DNA of 64,000 bases from Hemiscyllium ocellatum (Eukaryota): positions 10,095,534-10,159,533 of the forward strand of contig NC_083409.1 of NCBI RefSeq assembly GCF_020745735.1, given 5' to 3'. Position 1 is the first letter of the stretch; each line of letters starts with the position of its first letter. The notes beneath the pieces are model-generated. The model ran no database searches, had not been told where the DNA came from, and saw only the letters and a list, made by a program, of their open reading frames with translations. Shown here one piece after another: positions 62,095-64,000 of the stretch. A program made the position numbers and the translations under genes.

Positions 62095-63560
62095 CTCCTG
62101 CCCTCTCCCTGTCATCCTGCACACTGTTCCTTTTCAAATAACAGTCTCATTCCCTTCGTAATGCTTCAATTAAAGCTGCCTCCACCACACTCTCAGGCAG
62201 TGCATTCCACACCTTAACCACCCACTGGCTGAAAATGTTGTTCCCCATCTCACTTTTGTAACTTTTCCCAATTACTTTCAACCTGTGGTCTCTCGGTCTC
62301 AATCCTTTCTCAAGCGGGAGCATTGTCTCCCTATTTACTCTGTCCAGGCCCCTCCTGATTTTGAGTTCCTCAAATAAATCTCTTCTCAGCCTTCTCCAAA
62401 GAAGACAGTCCCAAATTATCCAATCAGTCTCCATAACTGATGTTCCTCATCCCTGGAATGATCTTTGGGAATATATTTGCCAGCTCTACAAAACATTCAC
62501 ATTCTTCCTGACTTCTTCACATTATCTATGTCCCTCATGATTTTCTAAACCTTTATAAGGTTACTCTTCAAAACCTTCCTCATCAGAGTAAAAAGTCTCA
62601 GCTTTTCCAGCCTCTCACAGTCATGGAGTTATACAGTGTGGAAACAGACCTTTCGGTCCAACTTGTGCATGTTAACCAGATATCCTAAATGACCTCATCA
62701 CATTTGCCAGCATTTGGCTTACATCCCTCGAAACCCTTCCTATCCATGTACCCATCCCAATGTGTTTTAAATGTTGTAATTGTATCTGCCTCCAACATTT
62801 TCTCTGGCAGCTCGATCCAGACACATACCACCCTCTGCGTGACAAGTTACCCCTTTTGTTTGGACTGCCCTTCCCAAGGAAAAGACTTGGATATACACCC
62901 TGTCCATCTATAAACATCTATAAGGTCACCCCTCAGCCTTAGATGCTACAGGGGCAAGAGTCCCAGTCTATTCAGCCTCTCCCTACAGCTCAAACCCTCC
63001 AGTTTCTGCTCTTTGTAAATCTTTTCTACAACTTTTTAAGTTTAGCACCATCCTTCTTATCGCAGGATGATCAGAATTGTTCACATTATTCCCAAAGTGG
63101 CCTCACCAATCTCCTGTACAGCTACAACATGATGTTCCAACTCGTAAACTCAGTGCAGTAACCAATAAAGGCAAGTGTACCCAACACCTTTGTCATCACC
63201 CAATCTACTTGAGACTCCACTTTCAAGGAGTAATGCACCTGCACCTGCACCCCCAGGTCTCTTTTTTTCAGCAATACTCCACAGGGCCTTACCATTAACT
63301 GTATAACTCCTGCCCTGGTTTGCGTTTCCAAAATGCAACGTCTCATATTTGTCTGAACTGAACTCCATTTCCCACTCCTCTGTCTATTGCCCCATCTGAT
63401 CAAGGTCCCGCTGTACCCTGAGATAATCTTCTTCACTATCCACAGTCCAACCAATTTTGGTGTAATTTCCAAACTTAACATTAGTCCAATGTTCACATCC
63501 AATTCATTTACTCAATTGACGAAAAGTAGTGGACCAAGCACCAATCCTTGTGGCACACAG
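62095..63560 (-). mobile_element. Stacked CR1 3' fragments, paralogous to the J-C intron block 8768-10790
   Basis: Same fragment junctions and diagnostic substitutions as the intron copy. Confidence 0.75.
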
Positions 63561-63569
63561 CTATTCACA

Positions 63570-64000
63570 GATCTTCACTGAGAACGCGACTCTCAGTTGG
63601 TGTGTTGCCTCCCAGGTGCCAGGATCCGTGTTGTCCTGGATCATGTCTTTGGGGTCCTGAAGGGAGAGGGTGCCCATCCCCAAGTCATTCTTTACATAGG
63701 TACCAATGACATAGGTAGAAAGAGGGATTGGGATGAAAGGCAGGATTTCAGGGAGCTAGGCAGGAAGCTGAGAGTTAAAACAAGCAGACTTGTTTTCTCT
63801 GGTTTGTTGCCTGGGCCATGTGATAGCGAGGCAAGGAATAGGGAGAGTTATCAGTTGAACATGTGGTTGCAAGGATGGTGCAGGAGGGAGGTTTCAGGTA
63901 CATGGATAATTGGGGCTCATTCTGGGGAAGGTGGGACTTGTACAAACAGGACGGTCTTCACTTGAACCAGAGGGGTACTAATATCCTGGGTGGAAATTTT
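63570..64000 (+). mobile_element. CR1 ORF1 esterase fragment (continues beyond the window)
   Basis: VCCLPGARIR..ILYIGTNDIGRK..FRELGRKL, close to 32160-32570. Confidence 0.85.

Noticed and set aside
1-64000. CRISPR arrays, rRNA genes, additional V/J/C segments
   Set aside because: None seen. This is vertebrate DNA; no regularly spaced repeat-spacer array and no second YYC+RSS or FGXG+RSS was found by manual reading, which could miss heavily decayed segments.

Overview
This is repeat-rich cartilaginous-fish (shark) genomic DNA; an orectolobiform such as a bamboo or nurse shark is likely, but that is inferred from recalled Ig and SINE sequences. The main gene is one complete, unrearranged kappa-type (NS4/type III) immunoglobulin light-chain cluster on the + strand: leader 7156-7204, V 7391-7687 with a 12-bp-spacer RSS, a single J 8191-8225 with a 23-bp-spacer RSS, a ~10.2 kb J-C intron and C 18429-18757. 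All three segments are open and splice in frame. Downstream lie a CpG-island promoter with four spaced NRF1-type motifs (~25.9-26.4 kb), the degenerate 3' end of an endogenous retrovirus on the - strand (env TM with CX6CC, membrane anchor, PPT, probable LTR; ~27.3-29.3 kb), frameshifted exons with weak Bcl-2-family resemblance (~30.7-31.3 kb), a G-rich AGCT-dense tandem repeat resembling Ig switch DNA (~46.7-47.6 kb), and an intact two-exon GPR139/GPR142-like GPCR (54543-55913). The remainder is mostly CR1/L2/Tx1 LINEs, Penelope elements with hammerhead-ribozyme motifs, HE1-type SINEs, a Tigger-like MITE and a Gmr1-like Gypsy fragment. Two blocks flanking the V-J unit recur 41-53 kb downstream in the same order and orientation, suggesting a decayed duplicate of the cluster. 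All homology calls were made by eye; repeat boundaries are approximate.
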